In this document: in pieces, positions 23,281 to 32,794 of the stretch
Numbering within the stretch: position 1 is the stretch's first letter
Layout: each line of letters opens with the position of its first letter
From: an uncultured Spirochaetota bacterium
Lineage (GTDB): Bacteria > Spirochaetota > Spirochaetia > SZUA-6 > Fen-1364
Direction of reading: 5' to 3'
Length of the DNA stretch: 64,000 nt
NCBI GenBank assembly: GCA_963781885.1
Contig: CAWAHW010000002.1
Coordinates: forward strand, 1,184,001 to 1,248,000
Made by a program: the position numbers and the translations under genes
Notes under the pieces: generated by a model
What the model saw: only the letters and a program-made list of their open reading frames with translations
Told to the model about the DNA's origin: nothing
Databases searched by the model: none

Positions 23281-24500
23281 CTACCGGTACTCCTTCCACG
23301 CGTCCACAAAGTGCCGCACATTGCCCCGGACACGATCCGATGCGTCGTAGATGCCGTCCACCGGTGAGAGAATGAAGCCGTTGTCGGGTGCAAGCATCTC
23401 CATCGTGCTCTTCACCGTTCCGCGGATGAGCTCCGGCGTCCCCGCCTCCACGGTCATCGATCCGTTCACGCCGCCCCACAGGCACAGGCGGCCTTTTGCT
23501 TTCGCCTTCGTCGCGCGAAGATCGTAGCCTCCCTGGACCGGATCCACGCCGATCAGCGCGTCCACGCCCGCCTCGATTATCATGTCGAGCAGGGGCATTG
23601 CGCCCGCGGTCATGATGTAGCCGAACTTGACGCTGCGTGCGTGCGCGGCTTCCACCTCGCGCTTCAGGTGTGGAAGGATGAAGCGGCGATACAATGCGGG
23701 CGACCAGAAATCGCATCCCTCGTACCAGCCGCGGCGTATCCAAAGATCGATGCCTTCATCCAGCACGACCTTCATCCGGGCCAGATTCCAGTCCGCGATC
23801 ATGTGAAAGAGCTCTTCCACGAATGCGGGCCGATCGGCGGTGAGGAAGACGAGCTCCTGGAGACCGCAGAGCCATGCCGCCATGTCGGCCAGGACGCCCC
23901 ACTGGTAGACGCGCAGGAGGTCCTTTTCCCGGGCGATGCCCTGATTGGTTTCCGACGATAAGCGAAAATGCGCGACCGTCTCGGCATCCGGCGGCTGGAG
24001 GAGGTAGGCGAGCGCCTTCATGTCCGAAGGCTGGGTGACCAGCATTTTCGTGGCGCGCGCAATAATGAAGTCATCGACGAAAAGAAGGTGATCGCCGTAA
24101 GGCCAATCCTCCGTCTGGTTGGCGGAAACAGTGAGCGGCCCTCGCAGGAGTCAGGTATTCACGATGGAGAACGGGATACCTCGCGCCCGGGGCGCTCTCA
24201 CGCCATTCGCGGAGCGGTGACGTCGGGGTGGGCGTGCACCGGCATGCCGCGGAGGGTGACATTGACCTTGCCAGGATAGTCGAGCTGGTAGCCGCGCAGG
24301 TCACGGGGATCTCCCGGCCGGCTCACCGACCAGGAGGGAATGTCGACCAGAGGGTCGAGACCCATATCGGCCTGGGCGGAGACAAGGTTTGTCTCACCCG
24401 GATGCCACTCGTCGAGACCGTGCAGCAGCATGAAGCAGCAGGGCGCATAGTCCACCGGCTCGCAGGATAGGGCGTGCAGCATGCGCGCGCGTGATGACAT
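23281..24500 (-). CDS. Uroporphyrinogen-decarboxylase/methyltransferase-family protein, split over three frames
   Basis: N-terminus MSSRARMLHAL..EPVDYAP; C-terminus WSPALYRRFILP, LCLWGGVNG, GFILSPVD. Frameshifts near 24215 and 24140. Confidence 0.75.
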
Positions 24501-24574
24501 GGACACTCGCCGTCTCCTCTCGTGTGAGGGGAGGGTATCGTCGAACAGGTGGAGAAGCAAGTGCCGGCGCGCGA

Positions 24575-25390
24575 TCAGATGCCCGGGACGTAGCCCTTTC
24601 CGAATCGCGCGGATCCCTCGTCGAGATAGCTGTCGCAGAGGGAGAACCAGGCGGTCGTGCCGCCGTCCACAACGATTGTCTGGCCGACGATGTACCGGGC
24701 GGCATCTGATGCCAGGAAGACGGCGGTCTTTGCGATATCGGCCGGCTGCCCGATAAACCCGGCGGGGATTTTCGCGCCCGCGGCCTTGCCGTCGAAATCG
24801 GGGATGAGCTTGTGGTAGTTTTCGACCTCCGTCGCACCGGGCGCGATGGCATTCACGCGGATGCCGCGCGGCGCAAGCTCGATGGCGAGCTCGCGCGTGA
24901 AGGAGACTATCGCGCCGCGCGTCCCCGCGTAGACGGAATGCTCGCGCCTGCCGCCGAAAGCGTGGATGGAGCTGATGTTGATGATGGAGGCGCCGCGCGC
25001 TTCCGTGAGCGCCGGCAGCAGCTCCTGCGTGAGAAAGAACGGCGCCCGCACATTCACCGCGTAGAGTGTTTCAAACTGCTCCGGTGTCACGAGCTCGAAG
25101 AGCCGGTTCATGGTGATGCCGGCATTGTTCACCAGGATGTCGATGCCGCCCAGGAAGGCAAGCGCCTCACGCGCCAGGCCGCGCACCTCATCCAGGCGCG
25201 TGAAGTCCGCGCGGAATGCCGCCGCGCGCCCGCCTTCCGCGGCGATCTCGGCCGCCGCTTCATCCGCACCTTCAGCGCTGTGGGAGTAGTGCAGGGCCAC
25301 GGCGGCTCCCGCGCGAGCGAACTCCCGGGCGATTCCCTTTCCGATGCCGGTGCCGGACCCCGTGACGAGCACGCGTTTGCCATTCATCAC
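24575..25390 (-). CDS. SDR family oxidoreductase
   Basis: TGSGTGIG, NNAG, YAGTR (YxxxK with K replaced by R), IRVNAIAPG. Confidence 0.93.
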   Translation of the reverse strand: MMNGKRVLVTGSGTGIGKGIAREFARAGAAVALHYSHSAEGADEAAAEIAAEGGRAAAFRADFTRLDEVRGLAREALAFLGGIDILVNNAGITMNRLFELVTPEQFETLYAVNVRAPFFLTQELLPALTEARGASIINISSIHAFGGRREHSVYAGTRGAIVSFTRELAIELAPRGIRVNAIAPGATEVENYHKLIPDFDGKAAGAKIPAGFIGQPADIAKTAVFLASDAARYIVGQTIVVDGGTTAWFSLCDSYLDEGSARFGKGYVPGI

Positions 25391-25822
25391 GTGAACCTCC
25401 TGATGGACCCCGATTGATTATCGGATTTTTCGCTCAGAGGTGCTCACCTTCGACGAGTTGTATCACCGTGAGCGGCGTTCCGATGATGCCGCGGACGCAT
25501 TCGGACCGCAGGAATGTTCCGTCGCCCGTCCGATACCAGCACACGGAGCGCCAGAGGAACGATACGAGCCCGGTGAGGCTCACGTCCAGTTTCTCCGCCT
25601 CATGGGTCCCGCACAAAGATACCGCGAAGCCCGGGCGTCGGACAGGAAAACCCAAGGGTGGGCGCGGCCCGCATATTCCGCGCGCCGCCAGGGGGGAAAT
25701 GCACTGACCTCACTGAAAATTAACGGACTCTTTATAGAGTGCTAACACTCGACCCGCACCGTCATACACGAGAGTCGTTAGGCTCTCTCCATTCATTTCG
25801 CGTGAAGAGATAGGAGGAATTG

Positions 25823-26869
25823 ATGAAGCGCTTCATAACCCTCGCGGTTGCGCTGGCGATTATGGTCGCGGCGGCCGCGTCCGTTGCTGCCCAGTCCACG
25901 CTCGAGATCGGCGGCTGGGGCTATTACACCGACGTGACGGGTGCCTACGCAAATGGTCTGCTCGATACTGCGGGCAACTCGGTCTTCAACGAAACGAAGG
26001 CGGGCGGGACCCAAACCGACAAGTACGCACCGACCGTCCAGCCCTATGCGAGCTACGTCTTCACCCAGAAGCTGGATACCATCAGCCTGAAGTACGGTCT
26101 GTACGCCGAAGACTGGCTTGGCCTCTACTCCGGCACGCTTGCTCCGTACGAGTTCCAGATGGCCGGCAAGGTGGAGCCGTCCGCCGAGCTTCTGATGGGC
26201 GGTCTCGATCTCAAGGCGAGCTTCCCGCTCGTGTTCTTCTCTCCACAGGATGCCAGCGGCATCAACGAGCTGAAGTACGCCTACAAGCCTTACAGCTACG
26301 GATACTTCAACGACTCGACGACACCCGACTACACGCAGAGTTTCTGGGTCGCCAACTATCTGAAGGCCACCTACAAGATCTCTTTCGACAAGACCACCGC
26401 GCTCGTTCTTGGCGCTGAGGGAGACATCGGCTTCACCCCCGTGTTCACCCTTTTCGACGTGAAGCCTCAGTTCAGCTTCATCCTCGGGCCCGCTCAGCTC
26501 GATGCGAAAGCGGCAATGTACTTCAACGACAACGCGGCCAACGGCGGCGCCAACGGCGCAAACGATCTCTATCTGTACATCGAGCCCAAGCTGACCGTTG
26601 ATTTCGGAAGCCTTGGCCTGAACGGCTTCAAGGCCTTCGTGGCAGGCCGCATTGCGACGTACACGACCGCAACCAAGTACACCGCCGCGGCGCCCTGGCA
26701 CGACACGTGGCTCAACCCCGGCGTGAGCTACAAGATCGGCGGGCTCTATTTCGAAGGCGACTTCAAGTGGAACAAGATCGGCTCCGACGCGGCAAGCGAC
26801 ACGAACGACAAGGGAGTCGTTCCCTACTTCGAACCCCAGCTGAAGGTCTCCTATACCCTGTCCTTCTAG
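25823..26869 (+). CDS. Outer-membrane beta-barrel protein of unknown function
   Basis: SD AGGAGG, signal peptide, alternating aromatic beta-strands, terminal LKVSYTLSF; strongly biased codon usage. Confidence 0.75.
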   Translation: MKRFITLAVALAIMVAAAASVAAQSTLEIGGWGYYTDVTGAYANGLLDTAGNSVFNETKAGGTQTDKYAPTVQPYASYVFTQKLDTISLKYGLYAEDWLGLYSGTLAPYEFQMAGKVEPSAELLMGGLDLKASFPLVFFSPQDASGINELKYAYKPYSYGYFNDSTTPDYTQSFWVANYLKATYKISFDKTTALVLGAEGDIGFTPVFTLFDVKPQFSFILGPAQLDAKAAMYFNDNAANGGANGANDLYLYIEPKLTVDFGSLGLNGFKAFVAGRIATYTTATKYTAAAPWHDTWLNPGVSYKIGGLYFEGDFKWNKIGSDAASDTNDKGVVPYFEPQLKVSYTLSF

Positions 26870-26882
26870 TTCCCCACAAAGG

Positions 26883-26912
26883 AAGGCGCCCTGCGAAAGC
26901 AGGGCGCCTTTT
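26883..26912 (+). terminator. Intrinsic terminator
   Basis: AAGGCGCCCTGC-GAAA-GCAGGGCGCCTT followed by TT. Confidence 0.9.
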
Positions 26913-27012
26913 GCGTATGGCGTGCGCCGTCCGGTTGAATGGATGTTTTGGCGGTCGACGGAATCGCCTCCGCGCTTCCCGTTTAAGCTCTGAGCCGGCG
27001 GCGCCCTTTCGG

Positions 27013-27978
27013 TCAGGCAGCCGGCTTTTTCAAGGGTCCTTTCTCCTGCCGCTCGTACCAGTCGCGCCAGATGATCCGGTAGATCGGGATCCATCGAGGC
27101 AGGTGTTTCAGTACGGGAATAAAAGGCGCGAATAAGAGAAGGAGGAAGAAGACGATCATCAGCGACCCGACTATCACGTCGGCGTTGGGAGCGGTCGTGA
27201 GAGGGGGGATCTGGTACCAGATCGCATACGGCCAGAGCCACCAGGGTCCCGGCAGGTTGCCCACCTCATGCGTGATGCCCCACTGCGTCCCCAGCATGTC
27301 GAAACCGTCGGCGACGTTCTGGTCGACGTCCTCCTGGAAGAAAAGCATCGCCTTTGTATTGTCCAGCGTGTACGGGAGCCTGTCATTGCTGGTGAGGGCG
27401 CCTTCCAGAAGCCCCGCGCGGCCCAGCGCGAGCATGCCCAGCATCATGACGGGCACGGGTCCATATTCTCCCGTTGGAACCTTGACCTGGCCGTTCGACT
27501 CCTCCGCCTTGTCCAGCGCGTCGCTGTACGCCTTGGCCCACGCCTTCTGCTGGTCCTCTTTCGCCGCGCCCCACACCTTCAGGGCTGCATCGACGTCCTT
27601 GTTGAGCATCGCCACCTTCTGCAACGGCGCAATGACGAGGTCCTGCTCCGCATCGAGCGGCATTGTAACGCCCAGCACGGTCGCAGGCCCCGGGCCCAGG
27701 ATGCGCTGGATGTTGTCGGTGTCCTTCGTGTAGGGGGGACCGTAGGTCTGCAGAGCACTCTCACCGGAAAGGAAGTCAGTGGCCGTTTTCAGGAAATCGA
27801 GCGGATGATTCGTCGCCACGTCTTCGCCGCGAACCGTTGGGGCGTCCGGTGATTTGAGGACAATGGCGAGCGCGACGACGACGACCGCCACGATTCCCAA
27901 AGCAATGAGGCCTTCCCGCACCAGGTCATACGGCTTCATCGGGACCCCGCTCAGGTATGCATCCGACCTGCGGCTCAT
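27013..27978 (-). CDS. Membrane protein paired with cytochrome b (TM, large extracytoplasmic domain, TM)
   Basis: PYDLVRE N-terminus, YGPPY, PGPWWLWPY, PFIPVLKHLPRW tail. ATGA overlap with the cytochrome b gene. Confidence 0.7.
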   Translation of the reverse strand: MSRRSDAYLSGVPMKPYDLVREGLIALGIVAVVVVALAIVLKSPDAPTVRGEDVATNHPLDFLKTATDFLSGESALQTYGPPYTKDTDNIQRILGPGPATVLGVTMPLDAEQDLVIAPLQKVAMLNKDVDAALKVWGAAKEDQQKAWAKAYSDALDKAEESNGQVKVPTGEYGPVPVMMLGMLALGRAGLLEGALTSNDRLPYTLDNTKAMLFFQEDVDQNVADGFDMLGTQWGITHEVGNLPGPWWLWPYAIWYQIPPLTTAPNADVIVGSLMIVFFLLLLFAPFIPVLKHLPRWIPIYRIIWRDWYERQEKGPLKKPAA

Positions 27979-28580
27979 TTTTTCACCTCCCCGCGGGCAG
28001 GGTAGGGTTTCACCGGCCCTTCATGCCGGATGAAAAGGATGTGGACCGCGACAAGGATGATGACGACAGCCGGGAAGACCGCCACGTGGAGAGTGAGGAC
28101 CTGGCCGTAGTTGGTGGTTGCGAAGAATCCCCCGACGCCCATGGCATTCATCGCATCCTTTGCCTCAACGGCGTGCCACTGGGAGGACCAGTTCGACGCC
28201 GACAGATAGCCGGTGAATCCGCTGAATATCGCCGCGCCAAGCGTGAGCACGCCGACCATCCAGGTCTTCCACCTGCCGTCGCGGAATGCGCCCAGGAAAT
28301 ACTTCGTCGCCAGGTGGAGCACCATGAAGCCGAAGAAGAGCTGGACGGACCAGAAGTGAAAGGAATTGAAGAGCTTGCCGGTGGCGCGGATGTGGTACCA
28401 CCCCGGGCCAAATATCGCCATGATCAGCCCGGTGAGAACGATCATGACCAGGGAGCAGAGGGTGAAGACGCCGAAAAGGTATGCGAGCGAATTGACGTAG
28501 ACGGGAAGCTTCGTCGGGAGGGCGTCGTCGAGCGTGAGCTTATCCTTCACGAAGCCCTGCATTCTCTCCGTGATGCTCAT
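27975..28580 (-). CDS. Cytochrome b N-terminal (b6-like, 4 TM) protein
   Basis: His pairs SFH-x13-H and TLH-x14-H; TWMVGV, GFTGY. Confidence 0.85.
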   Translation of the reverse strand: MSITERMQGFVKDKLTLDDALPTKLPVYVNSLAYLFGVFTLCSLVMIVLTGLIMAIFGPGWYHIRATGKLFNSFHFWSVQLFFGFMVLHLATKYFLGAFRDGRWKTWMVGVLTLGAAIFSGFTGYLSASNWSSQWHAVEAKDAMNAMGVGGFFATTNYGQVLTLHVAVFPAVVIILVAVHILFIRHEGPVKPYPARGEVKK

Positions 28581-28762
28581 TTCTTCCTCCCTTTCTGGCT
28601 CTCGCGGCCGCGCTCGATCCATTTCGGAAGGCGCGCCCACGCAGCGAGGAAAAAGACGGCGATCAGTATCGCCCCGATGATGACGTTCGGAATGGACCAA
28701 TCGAAGATGAGAAACCTGATGTGATGCACGGCAGGCACGAGCTGCGAACCGACTCCTTCCAT
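28577..28762 (-). CDS. Small single-TM protein heading the cytochrome b operon
   Basis: SD AGGAGG, one TM helix, ATGA overlap with the cytochrome b gene. Confidence 0.7.
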   Translation of the reverse strand: MEGVGSQLVPAVHHIRFLIFDWSIPNVIIGAILIAVFFLAAWARLPKWIERGRESQKGRKK

Positions 28763-28769
28763 CGATCAC

Positions 28770-28868
28770 CTCCTGATCAGGATAAGGATTCGGATCCGTC
28801 TTGCGTCGCTCGAGCACGTCTCCGTGCGCCCGTGGGGAATCAGGCGGCTTCCACAGACCGCGGATCGC
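28770..28868 (-). ncRNA. Candidate structured 5' leader (riboswitch-like, family not recognised)
   Basis: Closing stem GATCCG/CGGATC encloses a GTGG/CCAC stem and a GCACG-GAGA-CGTGC GNRA hairpin, immediately after a TTGCTC-18-TATGTT promoter. Confidence 0.4.
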
Positions 28869-29000
28869 TCTCCAAACATAACGACGGCGGGCACGCCAGA
28901 GCAATGAAAATTCCTCCCCTGGCGCGAAAATTCTTGCTTCAACACGCCGCCGCTCTTATCTTCCAGTGAACCGGCCGTAGGCCGGGCAAGGAGGAGAGAG

Positions 29001-29363
29001 ATGCCGCGGACCATTCACTTCGAGATTCCCAGCGCCAATCCGGCGCGTGCAGTCGAGTTCTACAAGAAGGCGTTCGGCTGGAAGATCAAGCAGTGGGGCA
29101 AGGAGCCGTACTGGATGATCACGACCGGCAAGGCGCCGGAGCCGGGCATCGATGGCGCCATCATGCCGAAGAAAGACCTGAAGACAACCGTGAATACCGT
29201 CGGCGTGCCATCGGTGGACAAGGCGCTGAAGAAGATACTGGCGATCGGTGGGAAGGTGGTTCGGCCGAAGATCGCCATCCCCATGATGGGCTGGATCGCC
29301 TATTGCGCGGACCCGGACGGGAATGTGTTCGGCATCATCGAGATGGATGAGGCAGCGGGATAG
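29001..29363 (+). CDS. VOC/glyoxalase family protein
   Basis: IHFEIP, FYKKAFGW, GGKVVRPK, DPDGNVFGIIE. Confidence 0.92.
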   Translation: MPRTIHFEIPSANPARAVEFYKKAFGWKIKQWGKEPYWMITTGKAPEPGIDGAIMPKKDLKTTVNTVGVPSVDKALKKILAIGGKVVRPKIAIPMMGWIAYCADPDGNVFGIIEMDEAAG

Positions 29364-29423
29364 GCCGCAGGGCACGCGGCGGCGGGGGCGGACGCCCGCG
29401 TCCGCCCCGTACCGCGAGTCGGT

Positions 29424-29816
29424 TCAGCCCAGGATGCCTTCACCGTGCGTCAGGCGGTATCTCCCCGCGCCGATGAAGAACACGACGAGCGCAGCGAGAA
29501 AGTAGAAGGCCTCGACCTCGAGACCCCAGGCGCCCGAGCGCTGGAGGACGAAAGCGTTGCGGTGGGCAACCAGAAGCACCGCCATGATCATATTGAAAGC
29601 GACAACGAGCGACGCCAGACGCGACCAGAGCCCAAATATCAGGAAGACTGGTGCGACGACCTCACCGATGTAGACCCCATAGGCGACGAATCCCGGAAGA
29701 TGATAAGCCGCCAAAGCAGGGCCGAACGGAACCCCGTGGATGATCTTGGAGATTCCATGAAAAAGCAGAAGCCCGCCTATCATCAGGCGGAGCAATAACT
29801 TGCCGACGTCTTCCAT
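29424..29816 (-). CDS. DoxX family membrane protein
   Basis: LLLRL..G.LLLFHG..K, GEVVAP, GAGRY. SD AGGAGG. Confidence 0.9.
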   Translation of the reverse strand: MEDVGKLLLRLMIGGLLLFHGISKIIHGVPFGPALAAYHLPGFVAYGVYIGEVVAPVFLIFGLWSRLASLVVAFNMIMAVLLVAHRNAFVLQRSGAWGLEVEAFYFLAALVVFFIGAGRYRLTHGEGILG

Positions 29817-29957
29817 GCGTATTCCTCCTTGCATCTACCGCAAAGCTATGAGGCGGCCTTTCGAGCGTCAAGGTTTCGCGGAAATGATCTTTCAAGACGC
29901 GAAAGGGAAAAATCCGCGGTGGTGCGCCGCTGCCGCCCGGGCGCCAGGTCGTTGTTG

Positions 29958-31218
29958 CTACCTTGCCCTCTCCAACACGGTGACGCAGTTCGTCACGCCG
30001 GAGCCGCCCACGTTGAATGTCACGCCGAGCCGCGGCGCTTTCTTCGCGGGCGCCGCCCCAATGGGCTTGCCGACGAGCTGCTTGTACAGCATCGCGTGCA
30101 TCGAAACCCCCGTCGCGCCGACGGGATGGCCTTTTGCCTTGAGCCCGCCCGAGAGGTTGACGCAGCAGGCGGGGTCGTCGCGGCCGAATCTGCCGTCAAG
30201 ATAGTCGTAGCCCGCACGGCCGTCCGCCGAAAGGCCAAGGGCCTCGGTCGTCAGGAGCTGATTGATGGTGAAGCAGTCGTGCACTTCCGCAAGATCGATG
30301 TCCGCGACGGACACCCCCGCCTCGGCGAATGCGCGGCGGACGGCCTCCTTGCCGGCAGCGAGCTCGTGCATGTTGCCGTGGCCCGCGAGGGGAAGGCGCT
30401 CGTTCGCGTGCCCGATGCCGGCGATTCTCACCGCCGCACCGTGTTTCACGGCGTCCTCTGCGCGCATGATGACCACCGCGGCCGCGCCGTCGCTCACGAG
30501 CGAGCAGTCGTGCAGGCGCAGCGGCTCCGCGATCATCGGATTTCTCTCCGGGGGCAGGGCGAGTATCGCGTCAGCCGTGAAGAGGCCGAGCCTGTCCGCA
30601 GGCCCGCCCTTGCCGAAATGCGCCAGAGGGTTGTCGACGCCGTTGCGGTAGCACAAAGCCGAGACAGTCGCAAGCATGCGCGCCAGAGTTTCGGCCGGGA
30701 GCGCGTAGCGGGCCGCATAGCCTTTGGCATATTCCGCGAACAGACAGGGGAACGTGATGTCCTTCAATCCCTCGTCGGGCCAGTAGGACGCCGTGGCAAG
30801 GGCGTGCGTGGCGCCCTTCGTGTCGAGCAGGTTCATCTTCTCGACGCCCATGACCAGGGCGACGCGGGCGCGTCCCGCCTCGATTGCGTTGACCGCGTCA
30901 TAGATCGCGACGGAGCCCGACGCGCAGGCAGCCTCGCAGCGGGTGATGGGCTTGAAGCGCAGCCCCTGCGGGTCGATCTCGGCGGCAAATGCCGCCAGAT
31001 GCTCCTGGTTGGCGAACTGACCGGGCGCAAATGTTCCCACCCAGAACGCCGTCCACGTCCCTCCCCTCGATGCCCGCGTCAGCCAGGGCGCCGCGCCCGG
31101 CTTCAAGCATGAGATCGTAGATGCTTCTCAGATCCGTGACGGCGCCCGTCTGCTTGTCCCTGCGGACGAAGCTTCCGAACGCGGTGTTGTAGGCGCCGAC
31201 GATGCTGGTGCGGCTCAT
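29958..31218 (-). CDS. SCP2-type thiolase / acetyl-CoA acyltransferase (frameshift near 31050)
   Basis: EAACASG, GVEKM, DCSLVSDGAAA, EVHDCF, KGHPVGATG. N-terminus MSRTSIVGAYNT lies in another frame. Confidence 0.88.
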
Positions 31219-32005
31219 GGCTGCAGCCTCCCGGTGATGAACTCTCTGAGAAGGCTGATGAAAAGCGGGGGGTCCTCCACGATGACCGAATGGCCCACGT
31301 GCTCGACGATTGAAAGCCGGGCGTCCGGGAACGCGGACGTTGTTTCCCGCGCCATCGCCTCGGTGATGATGGTGTCCCGGCGGCCCCAGATGACGAGCAC
31401 GGGGCCTGAAAATGCGGCGCAGAGTGTTGTGTAGTTGATGCGGCCGAGGGCTTCGGGATTGCCTACCCACACGGGGGCGGCCGCCTTCATCGCGTCATCG
31501 ACCAGCAAACTGAGAAATCTTTCGTCCGTCAGCGTCGGAGCGATGGCGCGGAGGGCCGGGCAAGAATTTCCCTGTGAGTGCGCATCATCTCTTTCAGCGG
31601 ATGGCTTTCGGGAGAATCTGCAAGTCCGCAAGGCGCGGCCGAATCAACGAGCACCATTCCGCTGACACGGTTCGGGAAGCGCACGCCAAGCGACATGGCC
31701 ACGGATCCGCCGAACGAGTGACCCACGACGACCGGTCTTTCCAGGCCGCGCTTCTCTATGAATGAGAGAACCGCATCCGCATAGCGGTCGATTTCGGGAA
31801 CCCCGGCCAGTGGAGTCGACCTGCCGAAGCTCGGCATGTCGAGTGCCACGGTCTTGGCTCCCGGGACGTCCATGACCCGTTCGTACCAGCGATGTGACCC
31901 TATCTGCCCATGGAGATAGACGATGGGCGCTCCCTGGCCCTGCTCGACAAAACAGAGTCGGCCGCCTTCGATATCGATGAAAGTTTCCGCCGTGCCGCCG
32001 TTCAT
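31215..32005 (-). CDS. Alpha/beta hydrolase (frameshift near 31555)
   Basis: YLHG, DMPSFGRS and GHSFGG nucleophile in one frame; WGRRD and GHSVIVEDP in the downstream frame. Confidence 0.85.
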
Positions 32006-32091
32006 TTGTTCCTCCTTTCGAGGAAGGCTTCGGCACCCGTGCCGCGAAGCTCGTAGCCGATCTGCGCACCATGAATCTTCGTTTGCGGCAT
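32002..32091 (-). pseudogene. Internally deleted alpha/beta hydrolase remnant (29 aa)
   Basis: MPQTKIHGAQIGYELRGTGAE joined directly to AFLERRNK*; keeps operon spacing at both ends. Confidence 0.55.
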
Positions 32092-32092
32092 T

Positions 32093-32794
32093 TCAAATCC
32101 CCAGGTATGAGCTGATCACGTGAGGGTTGTGCAGGAGGCCCTCCGCGGTGTCTTCCAGGACGACGCGCCCGTTTTCCAGCACGTATCCGCGGTCGATGGC
32201 TTTCAAGCTTTCCCGCACGTTCTGCTCGGTGACGAGTATCGACATGGAGGTCTTGAGCTGTGCGAGCTTTTCGAATACCTCCGCAACGATGGAGGGCTGA
32301 AGCCCGAGCGACGGCTCGTCCAGGATGAGGAGCTTCGGGTTGGCCATCAGGGCGCGGCCTATCGCCACCATGCGCTGCTGGCCGCCCGACATGGTCCCCG
32401 CGAGCTGGCGATAGCGCTCCTTGAGAACCGGGAAAAGCCCCAGGACCGATTCCAGCCGCTCTTCCATTGCATTGCGTGCGTGCGGTATGTAGGCAGCGCC
32501 CAGCTCCAGGTTGTCCGCTACGGACATCGCCGGAAAAAGCTCGCGCTCCTGCGGCACGAGGGCGATGCCGGCGCGCGCAATCTCATGCGTGCTGAGCGCC
32601 AGGAGATTCCTTCCGTCCAGCTCCAGCCTGTCCGCGGTGGGGCGCACCATGCCCATGAGCGCGCTGATGAGCGTGGTTTTTCCCGCGCCATTGGGTCCGA
32701 ACAAACCGACGGATTCCGCCCCGACGTCGAAGGAAACATTCCGCAAGACCGGGAGCTTGCCGTAGCCGCAGGAAAGATTCCTGATCGTGAGCAT
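32093..32794 (-). CDS. livF: Branched-chain-type ABC ATPase
   Basis: GPNGAGKTT, MSGGQQRM, LDEPSLGL. Confidence 0.92.
   Translation of the reverse strand: MLTIRNLSCGYGKLPVLRNVSFDVGAESVGLFGPNGAGKTTLISALMGMVRPTADRLELDGRNLLALSTHEIARAGIALVPQERELFPAMSVADNLELGAAYIPHARNAMEERLESVLGLFPVLKERYRQLAGTMSGGQQRMVAIGRALMANPKLLILDEPSLGLQPSIVAEVFEKLAQLKTSMSILVTEQNVRESLKAIDRGYVLENGRVVLEDTAEGLLHNPHVISSYLGI

Noticed and set aside
25434-25655. Short ORF or RNA upstream of the SDR
   Set aside because: No recognisable motif, SD or convincing fold; may be a gene remnant.
25719-25750. CIRCE element before the outer-membrane protein gene
   Set aside because: Only the right half GAGTGCTAA is present; no TTAGCACTC at N9 spacing.
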